A stretch of DNA of 64,000 nt. Source: Azolla caroliniana (taxonomy: Eukaryota > Plantae > Polypodiophyta). The position numbers and the translations under genes are program-made. This document shows positions 1 to 12,350 of the stretch, piece by piece. Positions within the stretch are counted from its first letter, which is position 1. Each line of letters opens with the position of its first letter. The notes beneath the pieces were generated by a model. That model had not been told where the DNA came from. It did no database searches and saw only the letters and a program-made list of their open reading frames with translations. The stretch lies in contig JBHGNT010000001.1 of assembly GCA_043228905.1 (NCBI GenBank), positions 21,018,001-21,082,000 of the forward strand, read 5' to 3'.

Positions 1-53
1 TATGAGAATTTACATGTAAAAGTACAATGATAGAAATATAAATTCAACTAAAT

Positions 54-124
54 GGCATGGCTTAATGATAAGCCACCAATTGACTCCTAACTCGGAGGTA
101 CAAGGTTCGAATCCTTACTTGCCC
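54..124 (+). pseudogene. Degenerate tRNA-like sequence (tRNA pseudogene or SINE head)
   Basis: A-box-like TGGCTTAATGAT, a CTCCTAA loop and B-box GGTTCGAATCC at tRNA-like spacing. Stems pair poorly. Confidence 0.4.
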
Positions 125-718
125 TCCTTGTATATGTATATGTATATATATTTATATATTTATTTATCTAGTCACCGGATGTCGTCGCCTTACCGGCGTC
201 GGATGCCGTCACCGGATTGCGGTCTCTCACCAGCGCCGGATCACCGGCTCCATCGTCGGTCCGGTTTTGGTTGGCCAAAACCCTTTAACGAGTAGCTAGC
301 TCACCTCCACTCTTAGTTCAAGTTACCTTGAACTCTCTATGCTCCACACATAGACACAAAGATAATATCTTTTGCTCTACCTTATATATGATGAGAGCCA
401 TATTTGTCGTGCGTATGTGGGATATCTCACAATTTTCTCTTTTCCTTTCACAAACTTTATACTCTCATATCTTGACATTTAGTTGTCCGTTTCTCGTGTA
501 ATAAAGTGCATTCGAAACCTCCATCATTTTGTACTTAGATATTAAATTTATTTAAAATGTTATCTTCACAATTATTGTATTATGTGATTCATACTCGATT
601 TTGTACGTTTTATGGGATTTTCACACTATTGCCGAAAATCTTCACAACGGTCGCGGACAAAGTGGTAGTGCCCCTCAATGTGCTTGGTCTTGGCGTGGAA
701 GACGGGGTTCTTCACAAG

Positions 719-3114
719 TTAGATGCTGCTAAGGTTGTCGTAGTAGATCGTCGTTGGAGCGGACACCTCCACCTGTAGATCCTTGAGTAGCCTCTTGAGC
801 CAAATGGCGTCGCATGTCACAACAGTCGCTCCTCGATACTCAGCCTCCGTGCTCGACAATGCAACTGTTGGCTGCTTTTTACTGCACCATGCGATCGCCA
901 CACTTCCCAATGAAAATGCATATCCAGATGTTGATCTGCGATCGCTGGCATTTCCGGCCCAATCGACATCCGTGTAACCGACTAACTGCTTGGCTATGCT
1001 TGCCCGATATAGCAACGCCCTATCCTTAGTGCCGCGGACGTAGGGCAATATCCTTTGCGCACACTGAAGGTGTTCGGCCATGGGCTGCGACATAAATTGA
1101 CTAATCAGGCCGACCGGGTAACTAAGATCCGGCCGGGTGATCGTCAAATAAATTAAGCTTCCTACGATCTGTCGAAACCGTGTCGGGTTGCACGCTTGTT
1201 CTGAATCTCGGCGAAGCTTGGCGTTTCTATCTAGAGGAGTTAAGATGGACTTACAGTTTTCCATCACAAACTTGAAAAGCATACTCAACACGTTATGTCG
1301 TTGGTTGATCAGTATGCCTTCGGGGGTGTGGATCACTTCGATCCCTAGGAAGTAATGAAGATCCCCTAGGTTCTTCATGTTGAATGATGCCGCGAATTTG
1401 GACTTTAAGTGGCCAATTTCATCTAGGTTGGCGCCGACGATGTCTAAATCATTAACATAAAGTAAAATACTAATTGTTCCATGTCGACCTTGCCTGACAA
1501 ACAATGAAGAGTCTGATTTGGACGTCGCAAACCCCATCCGATGTAGGTGCTTCGTGATCTTTGCGTTCCACCCTCGTGGGGCTTGTTTTAGTCCGTAGAG
1601 GGATTTCTTCAGTCAGCACACCGCCGAGGTGTTCTTTCTAGACTTAAATCTGAGGGGCTGTACCATGTACATTTGCTCCTCAAGTTCTCCTTGCAGGAAC
1701 GCATTCTTTACATCCATCTGATGTAAATGCCACCCCTTTATTGCGGCTACTACAAGTAGAACACAGACGGTTGTCATCTTCGCGATAGGCGCAAAGGTCT
1801 CATCGTAGTCAATGCCATGATGTTGTGCGTATCCCTTAGCCACTAACTGGGCCTTGTAGCGGTTGATAGAGCCATTGGTGTTGTACTTGACCTTGTACAC
1901 CCACCTACATCCACTCGACTTTACACCCTTCGGGGCGTGAACTAGGTCCCATGTTTCATTTTCTACTAATGTGTGCATCTCCTCCTCCATTGCGGCATGC
2001 CAAGTTGCGTGCTTTGCCGCTTTTGCGTAGCTCTCTGGCTCACACACTTCAGCCACTCGCGTCATGTACGCATAATGATGTGCCATGTACTCGTTGTATC
2101 CGAACCGCATCATGGGGTTCTTCTGGCGGGTAGAACGACGTAATCGCTCATTAGCCAATTTTGAGGCCCTCTTGGCCGACGCGGACTTCGTTTTCGAAGG
2201 TCCTTCGTTCTTCTCGGAGTTGGATTCAGTTTGATCCGACTCGTCTTTATCAGTGTCGTACTCCGACATCTTCTTCTTTTGCTTCTCTTTGTGCGTAAAC
2301 CATCTTCTTGGCTTCCTGCGCGGGGAATGCACGACCGAGTCTCCACTACTGGCGGGCTTGCATCTGATTGGTCATGCCGACTCAGTCGCTCATTTGGGCC
2401 ACTTAGCCTGAATGAGATCGGAATCTCTTCAAGAGCTCCGATGTCTCCTTCGTCCCAAGGCATTTCAGCCTCGCTGACCTCTTTGTCATAGATTGGAATG
2501 GAGTCGTCAAGGGTTGGAGGCGAAGGCAAGTACCACAACGCGGACTCGTCGAACACAACATCACGACTTACGCGAGATTGTTTGGTTTGGGGGTTATAAC
2601 ACTTATAACCCTTCTGTTCATCTGAGTAGCCAACCAAGTTACACTTCTTGGCTTTGGCGTCCAACTTCCTTCATTTCTCCTTACGGACATGCACATATGT
2701 GATGCTACCGAAAACCCTCACGTGTGCCAAGTTTGGCTTCTTCTTGAAGTACAACTCATGTGGTGACACTCCTCCATTAGCAGATGCCCGATTTTGAAGG
2801 TAGACAGTTGTTCTGACTACTTCGGCCCAATAGAACTTCGGCAGATGTTTCTCTTCAAGAATTTCCCTTGCCGCCTCTTCTATCGTCTGATTCTTCCTCT
2901 CGGCCACTCCGCTCGGTTGCGGGTTGTATCTGCACGAGCATTTGCGTCATTCCCTCATTCTGTAGATAACTCAAGAACTAGTCGAATAAGTACTGCTTCC
3001 CGCCACCGGACCTTAGGCACTTGATCTTTCGCCCCATTTCCCTTTCTGCAAGGCTCTTCACCTTCAGGAAACACAAGAAGACTTTGCTCTTTTTCACGAT
3101 CAAGCACACCCAAG
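719..3114 (-). pseudogene. Copia-1 pol: integrase C-part, RT and RNase H (frameshifted, with stops)
   Basis: Motifs [47 protein letters not shown] and ALSSTEAEY. Confidence 0.9.
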
Positions 3115-3519
3115 TGTTACCGATTAGGAACACATGGGATACCTCTTTGTATCCTAGTAGCGTATAAGAGAGATGGCTACAACCGAACTCCCTAGAGAGC
3201 GCACTCGTCACAACACTCACACTTACGCCTACGCTTTCTTACGATTATGGTGATTACGGAACGCCACCAAGAATCACAGACACACAATAGAATAACCACA
3301 GATATGCACAGGATATCAGAGAAGATAAAACTCTATTAAGATATGCTCTATGCACCAAAATTTACACGCTACCTCTATCAGAGGATTTCCGCCCTTTATA
3401 TACACAGGGTCTTTTTAGCCGTTCACGCTTCCTGCGTGAATCATTTACATGCGTTACAATTTTACTATATTCTATATTTCTGCGCTCCTGTCCATCGGTT
3501 ACTATTCCGGAGGACAACA
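3115..3519 (-). repeat. G1 3' LTR
   Basis: Matches 17832-18155 + 23800-23963 apart from one internal deletion. Minus-strand TATA-like TATATAAAGGG near 3393-3403. Confidence 0.9.
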
Positions 3520-4791
3520 CCTGGCACGCCTGTGGGACAGTGCCATGGCACGTCGGACCCACCCCTTTAATCTTCCTCCAAAATGGCCTGGATGTTTGGT
3601 TCTGCTCCGGTGTCCGGGTCTAGGGACGGCGTAGTGTCCGTAGGTGCGTCGGTGCGTGGTTCCGCTACCTCCTCGGGAGGGCTGCCTATGGTGTCGCTGG
3701 CTTCTTGTGTGGGCGGTTCAGGCTCTGCTGGCTAATCAATGTGTCAGATATTGTTGTATTATAGGCCTTAGCTTTTTTCCTCCTTGATACGTGTGCATGC
3801 CTTCCCGTAACGCCGGTCCCGTAATGACCCCCCAATCGACCTTGCGCCCTTCAAAGGTATCAATAATGATACCTGCCTTCTGCTTGGGCATCCCATATGC
3901 ATTTGCATGTACGCATCCGACTTCCAACAAGAACTTGGCTATTTCGAGGAAATAGGGGTTGGGGATTTCCTTCGTTCTATATGCCTTGGCGGACGCTGAA
4001 TATGGCCCGAAATATCTCCGCAAAGTTTTTGTGGGAGGGATTTCAAAATGCCTTTCACCCAGAGATGACAGATGAAGCTTTTTTTGGATGGATGTGTTGG
4101 TGACCGTGTTGATGTTGAGTTTCCTAGCGTTGTCCATGGCGTCAGGGTGTGGAGGTGCCTCAACGACTTTGATGTACCCATCCAAGCGTTTCTCCACGAG
4201 CCATCGACACAAGGCGGTAGAGATGGCTATCGACATAGTCGGGTTAGGCTCGTGGCTAATGGGGTGAGGACTGCTGGCTATTGTTACCCGTTCCTTTGGG
4301 TGAACACCTTCGATAGATCTGCGTCTATCGGTCTTCAAGGGCGTGGTACGTGAAGGCTCGTAACAGAGGCGTCGAGAGAGATACAGGGCTCAGAGAGAAA
4401 ACACTAGCGAGGTCTTGATAAAAGTGGCGGCGTGAAACTCATAGGTATGGATCAAAGCACAGACTCATGCAACAAAAATAGGCACAAATCAGATATATTA
4501 CTATGACAGAAAAGATTACAGAACACGACCTATGGCCGGTGACCTTACGAGTTTATCTAATTACGAAGGACTAAGCTAGTACTTCCGCCTATAGTTTTCT
4601 TCTCTGCCTCTCTGAGGTACTGGTCCTCGTTTAAATAACTTTTCCCCTAATACACAGTCGAGCCGTCGGTGGCCCGTGATACTCGGACTCGGCGTTTGCT
4701 AATTTCCTAATTTTACATTTCTGTCCTTTGGACAACACCTGGCACGCCTGTGGGATAGGACCTTGTTCGTCGGACCCACAAAAATGGCCTT

Positions 4792-7419
4792 TTAGCCGTG
4801 ATCCTCGTTTAATTCCTCCTTTAAGATGTCGAGGATGCTTTCGGGGTCCGGGGTGGTGGCAGGGTGGTCTGATTGGAATGTCGGTGCGGGGGGTTGAGTT
4901 TGGTTCGGGGGTGGCATATCTTCTCGGCCGTCCGCCTCAGGTGCGGCCGATTCTTCTGGTGGGGGTGTGGGTTCGTGGGCGCTGACCTCTACTTCGACAA
5001 GCTCTGGTACTGTGTGGGCGTCCATGGGATGTCTGTTGGCCGGGGCAAGTTCCTCCTGTGCCGTGTCCGTGATCTCCTTGCTGGGAGGTTCTTCTTTCTG
5101 CTCTATGGCCGTTGGAGGGTTGGTGGGGATGGCTGCGAGTCGTTCCCGTTCGAAGGCTTCTGCTTCCAGGCAAAACAACATCTGACCATCATTGAAGTCC
5201 TCCATTATTTGCTCGATTGCCGCAGTGTGAGATTTTGCCAAGGACTGGTAATCCTCGGTTAAATTTGCACGCAGGTTTTGTATGCTGGCTTCGTCCATTT
5301 TGTAGAAGCCGCGGCCCTCCTTCCGTCAGTTCTCGACGTCGGCGTGCAAAATATGCAATTCGGCAGATTGGGCTGCCCATTCATCTCCTGCGCGACTTAA
5401 TGTTTCCTCGACGTTTTTGGTAAGGTGCTGGCGCTGTTTCTCGATCAGTATTCTGATGCGTGTCTCATCCATGCCAGGTTGTGCTCGGATGGCTGCTAAT
5501 TCCTATTTTAAGTCGCCGACCTCGGCCTGAATCTTCTGTGTTCTTAGCTCATAGATGGCCTGAGTGTTCTTTGCATCCGCGGTTACGAGCTGGAGAGCCT
5601 GCTCGTAACGCTTGGTGAGTTCTTCGGTGGCCTGCTCCCGTTCTTTTTGACACGTGGCCCGGATTTGTTCCCGTTCGACGATTCTCTCTTCTTGTAGGGC
5701 GAAGTAGGAATCCGATAATGCGTCTTTTTGCTCCGAAAGTAGCTTGCATTTGATGAAAAACTCGTCAGCCATCTCTTTAAGGGTCGTACACTGACTCTAC
5801 AGCTTGGCATTCTCTGCGTTCATCCTCTCCTCCCGTTGGCGATTTCTTTCCTCCTGCCGCTGGTTCCAGTCTTTTGCATTGTCGAGCGCGGCCTGTAGGT
5901 CTAGAACCTCCTTCTCTTTCTTCACCATTGTGGCTGCGTATTCCTCCAGCTTGCTTTTGAGTTCGGCTTCCTTGCCCGCAGCTTGCGCTTGCACCCGGCC
6001 CAGTGCTTCGTTCTGCTCGTGTATCCTTTGGTCGGGCTGGGCTCTCATCTCGGCCATCTGCTTGGAAGCTTCTTCTTTTAGGCGAGCCATCGCCTCTTGA
6101 TGCCGTTGTTCGTGTCTCTCGGTTCGTCGTTGTTCTTCTTTAAGCTCCGCACGGTAATCCCGGAGCGGGGGTTCTGTCTGGGTTGCCACCTCCTTGGGTA
6201 CACGAGGTGGTGGTATCTCGGTCTCGTTTGGTGGTGGGTTGTTCCGAGGTGCGTTGGAGTTGCGCTGGTCATGTTGAGGAGCGTCCCGTCGGCGGTTGTG
6301 ATTAGGTCTTCTATTGTTGTGTGTGTTGCGGTTGCCGTTTCGCCGATCAATGCGTGAGTTCCTTCGGTCATACCAATCATTGCGATCGTCATCGTATTGA
6401 GCATAATCGTCGTGCCGGTCATTGCGATAATAATCACGGCGGTTATCACATTGGTAGTCCTCGTCTCGGCGCCATCGATCCGGGGATCGCGGTTGGTCAT
6501 TATCCTGGTCTCGGTAGATATATCGCTCGTCCTGCCGAGAGTATGTATTTCGTAGCTCGATCTGGCGGACCGGTGCCGCCGTTGTGCGGTTCAGCATATT
6601 ATATTCGCACTGCTCGATCGTGTGAGCTCGAGACTGACAGATCGGACACTGTGGTCAGTGGGGACATTCGAGGGCCAGGTGCCCTGATCCTGAACACGCA
6701 GTGCATTGGAGGGCTTGGCGAAAGCGATTGTCCTCTTGGGGAAGAGCGTTTTGCAAGGATGTCATCGAGAAGGCCGTGCCGTGCTGGTTCCGATCGAGGG
6801 CGAGAACGCGCGCTATGACTTGTTCGATAGTATGGTTGACGAAATTTGTAAGTGCGAGAGTCGTTCGTAGAGGCTCTCATAAACTGGATAGGAAAGTGTC
6901 CGGTATATGTTGCGCCGAGACATCATCGGCCACTTGTCTGTAGAGATCTTGGAACCGGATCGTGAACTGCGCGACCGTTTCTTGCGGTTCCTGGCATATA
7001 GAGAAGAATTGCCGGAGCAGTTCCCGTTTAGACACCTCGCGATGAAAAAGTTCAAGGAACTTTGTGCGCACGATTTGGAAAGTGGTGGCCTCTCCTATTT
7101 CGAGGCGAGAGTACCATCGTGCGGCCGGTCCATCGAGGGAGAGTGTGCACTCGGCAATCTTCGAGGTATCGATTTCGGCCGGCGTGAGGCGGTGCGTGGA
7201 GTGGTTAGCCTGCCACGTGGATATGAAGGCACGGACGTGTGACTCCGCGTCTGGTCCGTCGGTATATCGTGGGTATGGGTACGGCATGATGTCGTATTGT
7301 GGGTTTTCTGGTAGCACCGGAAAAGGGTTTAGTTCCGGTTGATTGACCTCCCGAGGGCTCGACGGGGGTTCTGGTGGTGAATCAACTCGCGATCGAGTGT
7401 CCGATGGCGAGGATTGCAC
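4792..7419 (-). pseudogene. B single ORF: Gag (capsid plus two CCHC knuckles) fused to a long coiled-coil accessory domain, interrupted by nonsense codons
   Basis: ORFs 6877-7419, 5797-6597, 5503-5772 and 4792-5298 are all in one frame. Gag motif LSLDGPAARWY. Knuckles CTACSGSGHLALEC and CPICQSRAHTIEQC are read in frame between the listed ORFs. Confidence 0.8.
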
Positions 7420-8428
7420 TAGACAAGCCTCTTTTTGATCGGGAAAGGATTGGTCAGTGACCGCCGAGTCAGTAGCTCCTTCGACTGGCTCAGGGCGTCG
7501 GGCGGGTGGCCGAGACCTCGTGGTGCGAGAGGGCGCCGTAACGGCGGCTGGTGGTTACCTTCAACGAAGTTCGCTGTGCACTCACAACTGTCCCACTGGG
7601 CGTGCCAAATTGTGTTACCCGTTCCTTTGGGTGAACACCTTCGATAGATCTGCGTCTATCGGTCTTCAAGGGCGTGGTACGTGAAGGCTCGTAACAGAGG
7701 CGTCGAGAGAGATACAGGGCTCAGAGAGAAAACACTAGCGAGGTCTTGATAAACGTTGTCGTGCCTTTCGGCTCCGGATCGTTGCGTGAGTCGGGTGGGA
7801 ACCACAGAGGTCTTGGACTAGGAGAAAGAAGTTCGTGAGATAGAGATTAATTATGAGTAAATAGCAAAGAGAAAGATAAGAAACTCGTGAATCACACGAG
7901 TATACTATATTAATTTGTACTTAGGGTGTTAAGAGAGAAGTAGATGTATAAATCGTGAATCCCACGAATAATTTTTGTATTGATTAATACTCAATCCAAA
8001 TAATCAACAAAAACTACAATGTGCTCCCCATCCTTATATAGTAATGGGAGAGACTAAGCATAGCTACATGCTTTTTCTCATATGTTCATGCACACTAAAT
8101 GTGCATGTGATGCCTTTCTAATCCTTGCTTTTATTTGCTAAATATAGTGCTCATGCACGCTAGATGTGCATGAGTCACTTTTTTAGTTGCTTGCGTTTTT
8201 CTATAAAATATTCACGCACTCTAAAAATGCATGATTTACCTTTTAATAAAGGTAGGCGCAAATAAAGGACTTATAGTTATTAAATCTATTTATAGAACAC
8301 TAAAGATAAGGTAGCATAATGGTAAAGTTGAGGTTTGGCTACGTGGAGGTGCAGAGTTCGAATCACGCCTTGCGTAGTAGTGAGTATTTCCTTCTTCTTT
8401 TTTACATTTATGTCTCTTTATCCGGCTC

Positions 8429-8548
8429 TTCCTTGCCGGTATGCCGTTTTCTTCCTTGCCGGTATGCCGTTTTCCTCCTTGCCGGTATGCCGTTTTCTTC
8501 CTTGCGGGTATGCCGTTTTCCTCCTTGCCGGTATGCCGTTTTCTTCCG
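8429..8548. repeat. 23-bp minisatellite TTCCTTGCCGGTATGCCGTTTTC in the C LTR (about 5 units; about 3 units at 13352-13425)
   Basis: Direct reading. The two LTRs differ by 46 bp, which is exactly two units. Confidence 0.9.
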
Positions 8549-8614
8549 GTTCTCACCGAGCATTCCATTCTCTATCCGGAGGGACAAAAATATAATTTCC
8601 ACATAGTGTGCAAC

Positions 8615-11600
8615 CTACACTACGACACTCGCCCCCTCCAAACCCGCACATCCTCCGGTATGTGCCGAAGTTCTTGATTCTTCGTGTCCGTCTTCATCCG
8701 AAGCTTCCTCCGATTCTCCCCTTATGTCGACTATGAGTTGTAATCCACTTTCTTCGCTTCCCGCATCATTGTGGTCTTCGTCCGATTGCTCCTCGTTGTC
8801 GGCCTCGACTTGGATCACATAAGGTTTGTCGTCGGTCCGCTTCTTGAAAATCTTCACCCGCTTCCCGGCTATAGGCACTCGTAGTATTGTTCCATCCAAC
8901 TCGGACAGTCGGTACGTCCCGTTGTCGAAGACCTTCCGAACCTCGTACGGCCCAAACCACCTTTTCGCGAATTTCCGCATCGTTGTATGTTGATGGTCCA
9001 AGCTACTATCATAGACGATCACCCAATCTCCTTCTTCAATCCTCCTCGGTCGTAGTCGGTGCTTTGTGTCGAACCGACTTTTGTTCCGGAACCGTGCTTC
9101 TTGTTGTCGGCGTGACGCTTCCGCTACATCTTTCGGTCTTCCCTCCAGTTGTCGTATCCGGACCGCTAGTAGTTCTTCCCGGCTCATCTCTTCCTTCCAC
9201 GGTAGTATTGTCCATGTCGCGATTGCGGTTTCCGTTGGCATTACCGGTGCTTGTCCGGTCATGAGTTCTGCCGGCATGTAAACCGGTCACGGAGCTATGC
9301 GTCGTCCGATCCGCCCATAGTGCATACGGAAGCATTTGTGGCCAATCCTTCACCCTTCCGTCGCATGCCTTCGCAAGTGCTTTCACGATCGGACTATGTC
9401 CTCGTTCGATCTTCCCGTTGGCCTCCGGATTGTAGGCCGTTGTCAACGTTAACCGAACTCCATGTTTGGCGAAGAATCCCCTAGCTTTGTCCGAGTCGAG
9501 TTCTCCCCGGTCCGCAATCACTTGTCCTACGCAGCCGTACCTACAAAACACGTCTTCCAAAAGAAATTGGCACACCGCGGCACACGTTTTCCTCCGAAGC
9601 GCTCGACCTTCAACTTGGTTTGTGAGATCTTCTCGAGCTAACACCAAGTATTTCTTTTGTCCAATCCCGGTCGGCATAGCTACAATGTCGACCATCCACT
9701 TGAAGTTGATTGTCGGTGAGAATGTCGGATGCAGCTCATCTCGGTGTTAGACTTGACATTTCTCGCAACTTTCTGTGAACTCCGCGACATCTTTATACAT
9801 GTTCTTCCACCAATATCTTTGCTTGATTTTCACAAAAGTTGCCCATGTTCCTCGATGTCCAGCCCAATCGGATTCATGGAACTCGGACATTATCCGGTTT
9901 CGTTGCTCTTTCGTCCCGACTACTCGAAGTGGTATCCCATCCGGTCTTTTCGGCGTCCTCCATATTAAACCGTTTTCCAAGAAGAACTTTTGGACTTGCC
10001 TCTTCTTCCTTCGGATCTCGGCTCTCCTTTCTTTATCATTGGTTGAATCCTCGACCTCTTGTAGCATCTTCCCAATCATCAAGGTTTCCCCCTCGTATTC
10101 TTCTTCCCGGAATTCTCGGATCACGTTCACTCGGCATATGTGTTCTGACGTGAAGTAGTCTTCGGAAATTTCTTCATTATCTGATTCGGTTATGTCGTCT
10201 TCAAACCGCGCCCTCGATAACATGTCCGCTACCGCGTTGTCCTTCCCCGAGATGTGTCGAACCTCCGGATTAAGTGACTTGACATATGCAATCCACCTTA
10301 GCATAGCCACATCCGGTATCGTACAACACCGCATCATCCCGAGTATCGGAAGACAATCCGTCTCGATCACCACTTCAGCTCCGATCAAATAATCCCGATC
10401 CGATTTTATCGCCGACTCGACTCCCCACAATTCTCTTTTGACTTGTGCATATCCGCGTTGCCTTTCGTTGAGGACCTTTGCTCCAAATCGGATCGGATAC
10501 CGCGAACCATCCGAGTCGGCTTGATTGATGACCCACCCGATACCGGTTGGACTTGTATCAACCGTTACTATGATTGGCCGCTCGTAGCTTGGCTTCTTAA
10601 GTGATTCCGCCCTCCATAGTGTCTTCTTGAGCTTCCTCATGGCTTTAGTGTGTTCCGGTTTCCACTCGAATTTCTTACCTTTCCGCAACAAGTGATAGAG
10701 CGGGTCCGCTATATGTGCATAGTGCGGAATCCATATGTGATAGAATGCACACGCACCCAGAAACCTTCGGACTTCCGATGTTGACTCACATACTTCCTTC
10801 ATAGCTTGAATCGCATCGATCTTTGTTGGTGACGGTCTTCGGCCGTAGGGTCCACATAGATGTCCGACCACCAATATTTCTTCTTGCCCGAATGCCGATT
10901 TCTCCCCGGAAAGTGTTAGGTGCACATCTTCTAGCTTTCGCAACACTTTCTCGCAATCATGAATATGGTCGACCACGAACTTTCGGCATCCCCGATCATC
11001 CATAGTCTCATCTTTTTCTTCCACCGCGCATCCTTTCATCGGAATGTCATCTAGAAACGGCATCGTTATCTCCGGGATGCAATCTCGAAGCACCTTGTTC
11101 ATCGCGTTCATCATATGTGCAACCGAGTTTGTCGCTCCTTGTGGTAGTGTGCACATTCGAACTAGTCCTATCGGTGTCCGCATGGTAGTGATGTCTCGGC
11201 TCTCCACGGCTAGTTGGAATTGATCATACCCCGAGTATAGGTCCCCGATGGAGTATATCGTACGTCCGGCAAAAGCTTCCGCGAATTCGTCCACTATCGG
11301 ACCGACTCCCGAGTTCCGGATCGTGACCTTGTTCACCGGTTGCAAGTCTTGGATGAATCGGAGTGACCCATTCTTCTTCGGAACCGTAAACCATCGATTT
11401 GAGTACGGAGCACTTGATGGCTCTAGAATCCCCATCGCCACCTTCTCCTTGAGCAAGTCGATGACTTTCGGAATATGCGCCCGTGGCACCGGAATCGGCT
11501 TCAGGTTCCACGGTACATGATCAATCGTGAAAATCACCATCGGCTCCACTATCTTTGGATCAATGCATCCAATCTCCCTTGATGTGAACGCGAATGCTTT

Positions 11601-12350
11601 GCCATGTTGCTCCAACATCTCTCGAAACCGTTTTTCTTCTTCTTGTAAGAGGAACCCACCTCCACCGATCCGAAGTTTCTTCCGGGTCTCATCTGTGAAG
11701 GCATGTCCGATATCCACGGACTTCCGAAGTGTCGGATCTCCCGAGACTTCTTTCTTCTTTTGTTCGCTATCGGCGGGTAGTGGTCCCGCGGCCGGTTTCA
11801 CCTTCTTCTCCACGGTCTTGTATTTCGTACTTACCATTGCTTCTTCTTTGCGGAGCGCATCCGGCCCCATTTTCGCAACGATCTCGTACATCTCGACCGA
11901 TTCCACCGGGACTACCCGGTTCCCTTGGCTTTTATCTTCCGCAAGCTCTTCAAGCCGTTGTAGTGTATTCCCATAGAACACTTCCTCGATCACTCCCACG
12001 ATTTCTTCGTCTTCTTTTATTATTGATGCCGACCGTAACTTATCCTCCACTTGTCGGTATTGTTTCTTCATTCCTCCGGTTACGGCCGTGTACGAAGATG
12101 CCCCATCCGGGCCGATTCGTACTTGTTTTGCTCCGAGAGTTTTCTTCCTGTGTGGGGTATCAGGGCTTCTCGGACTATCACTTCCCCACTCCGCAACAGT
12201 CCGCTTTAAAAATCCATTCTCACTTGGGACAAGAGTTCCCTCTTGTTCCTTTCGTGATTTGCCGGCACCGTTAGGAATTGGACGGATTTCCCTCCGTTTT
12301 GGCTCCGAATTCGCGCAAAAGTGTTCGATGGCGAGGATTGCACTAGACAA
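8615..12350 (-). CDS. Element C pol: RT, RNase H, integrase (one stop near 9747, one frameshift near 9277)
   Basis: RT motifs KKNGSLRFIQDL, GDLYSGY, LPQG and FLDD. RNaseH VDTS..ETDC. Integrase H2C2 (FHESDWAGHRG..CEKC), DRGE, ANGKIERGH and GPY. Confidence 0.9.

Noticed and set aside
54-124. Functional tRNA-Arg(CCT) gene
   Set aside because: The A and B boxes are present but the acceptor and anticodon stems do not pair. Kept only as a degenerate tRNA-like relic.
8290-8677. Short overlapping ORFs in the C LTR (also 13214-13519)
   Set aside because: Artefacts of the 23-bp minisatellite.
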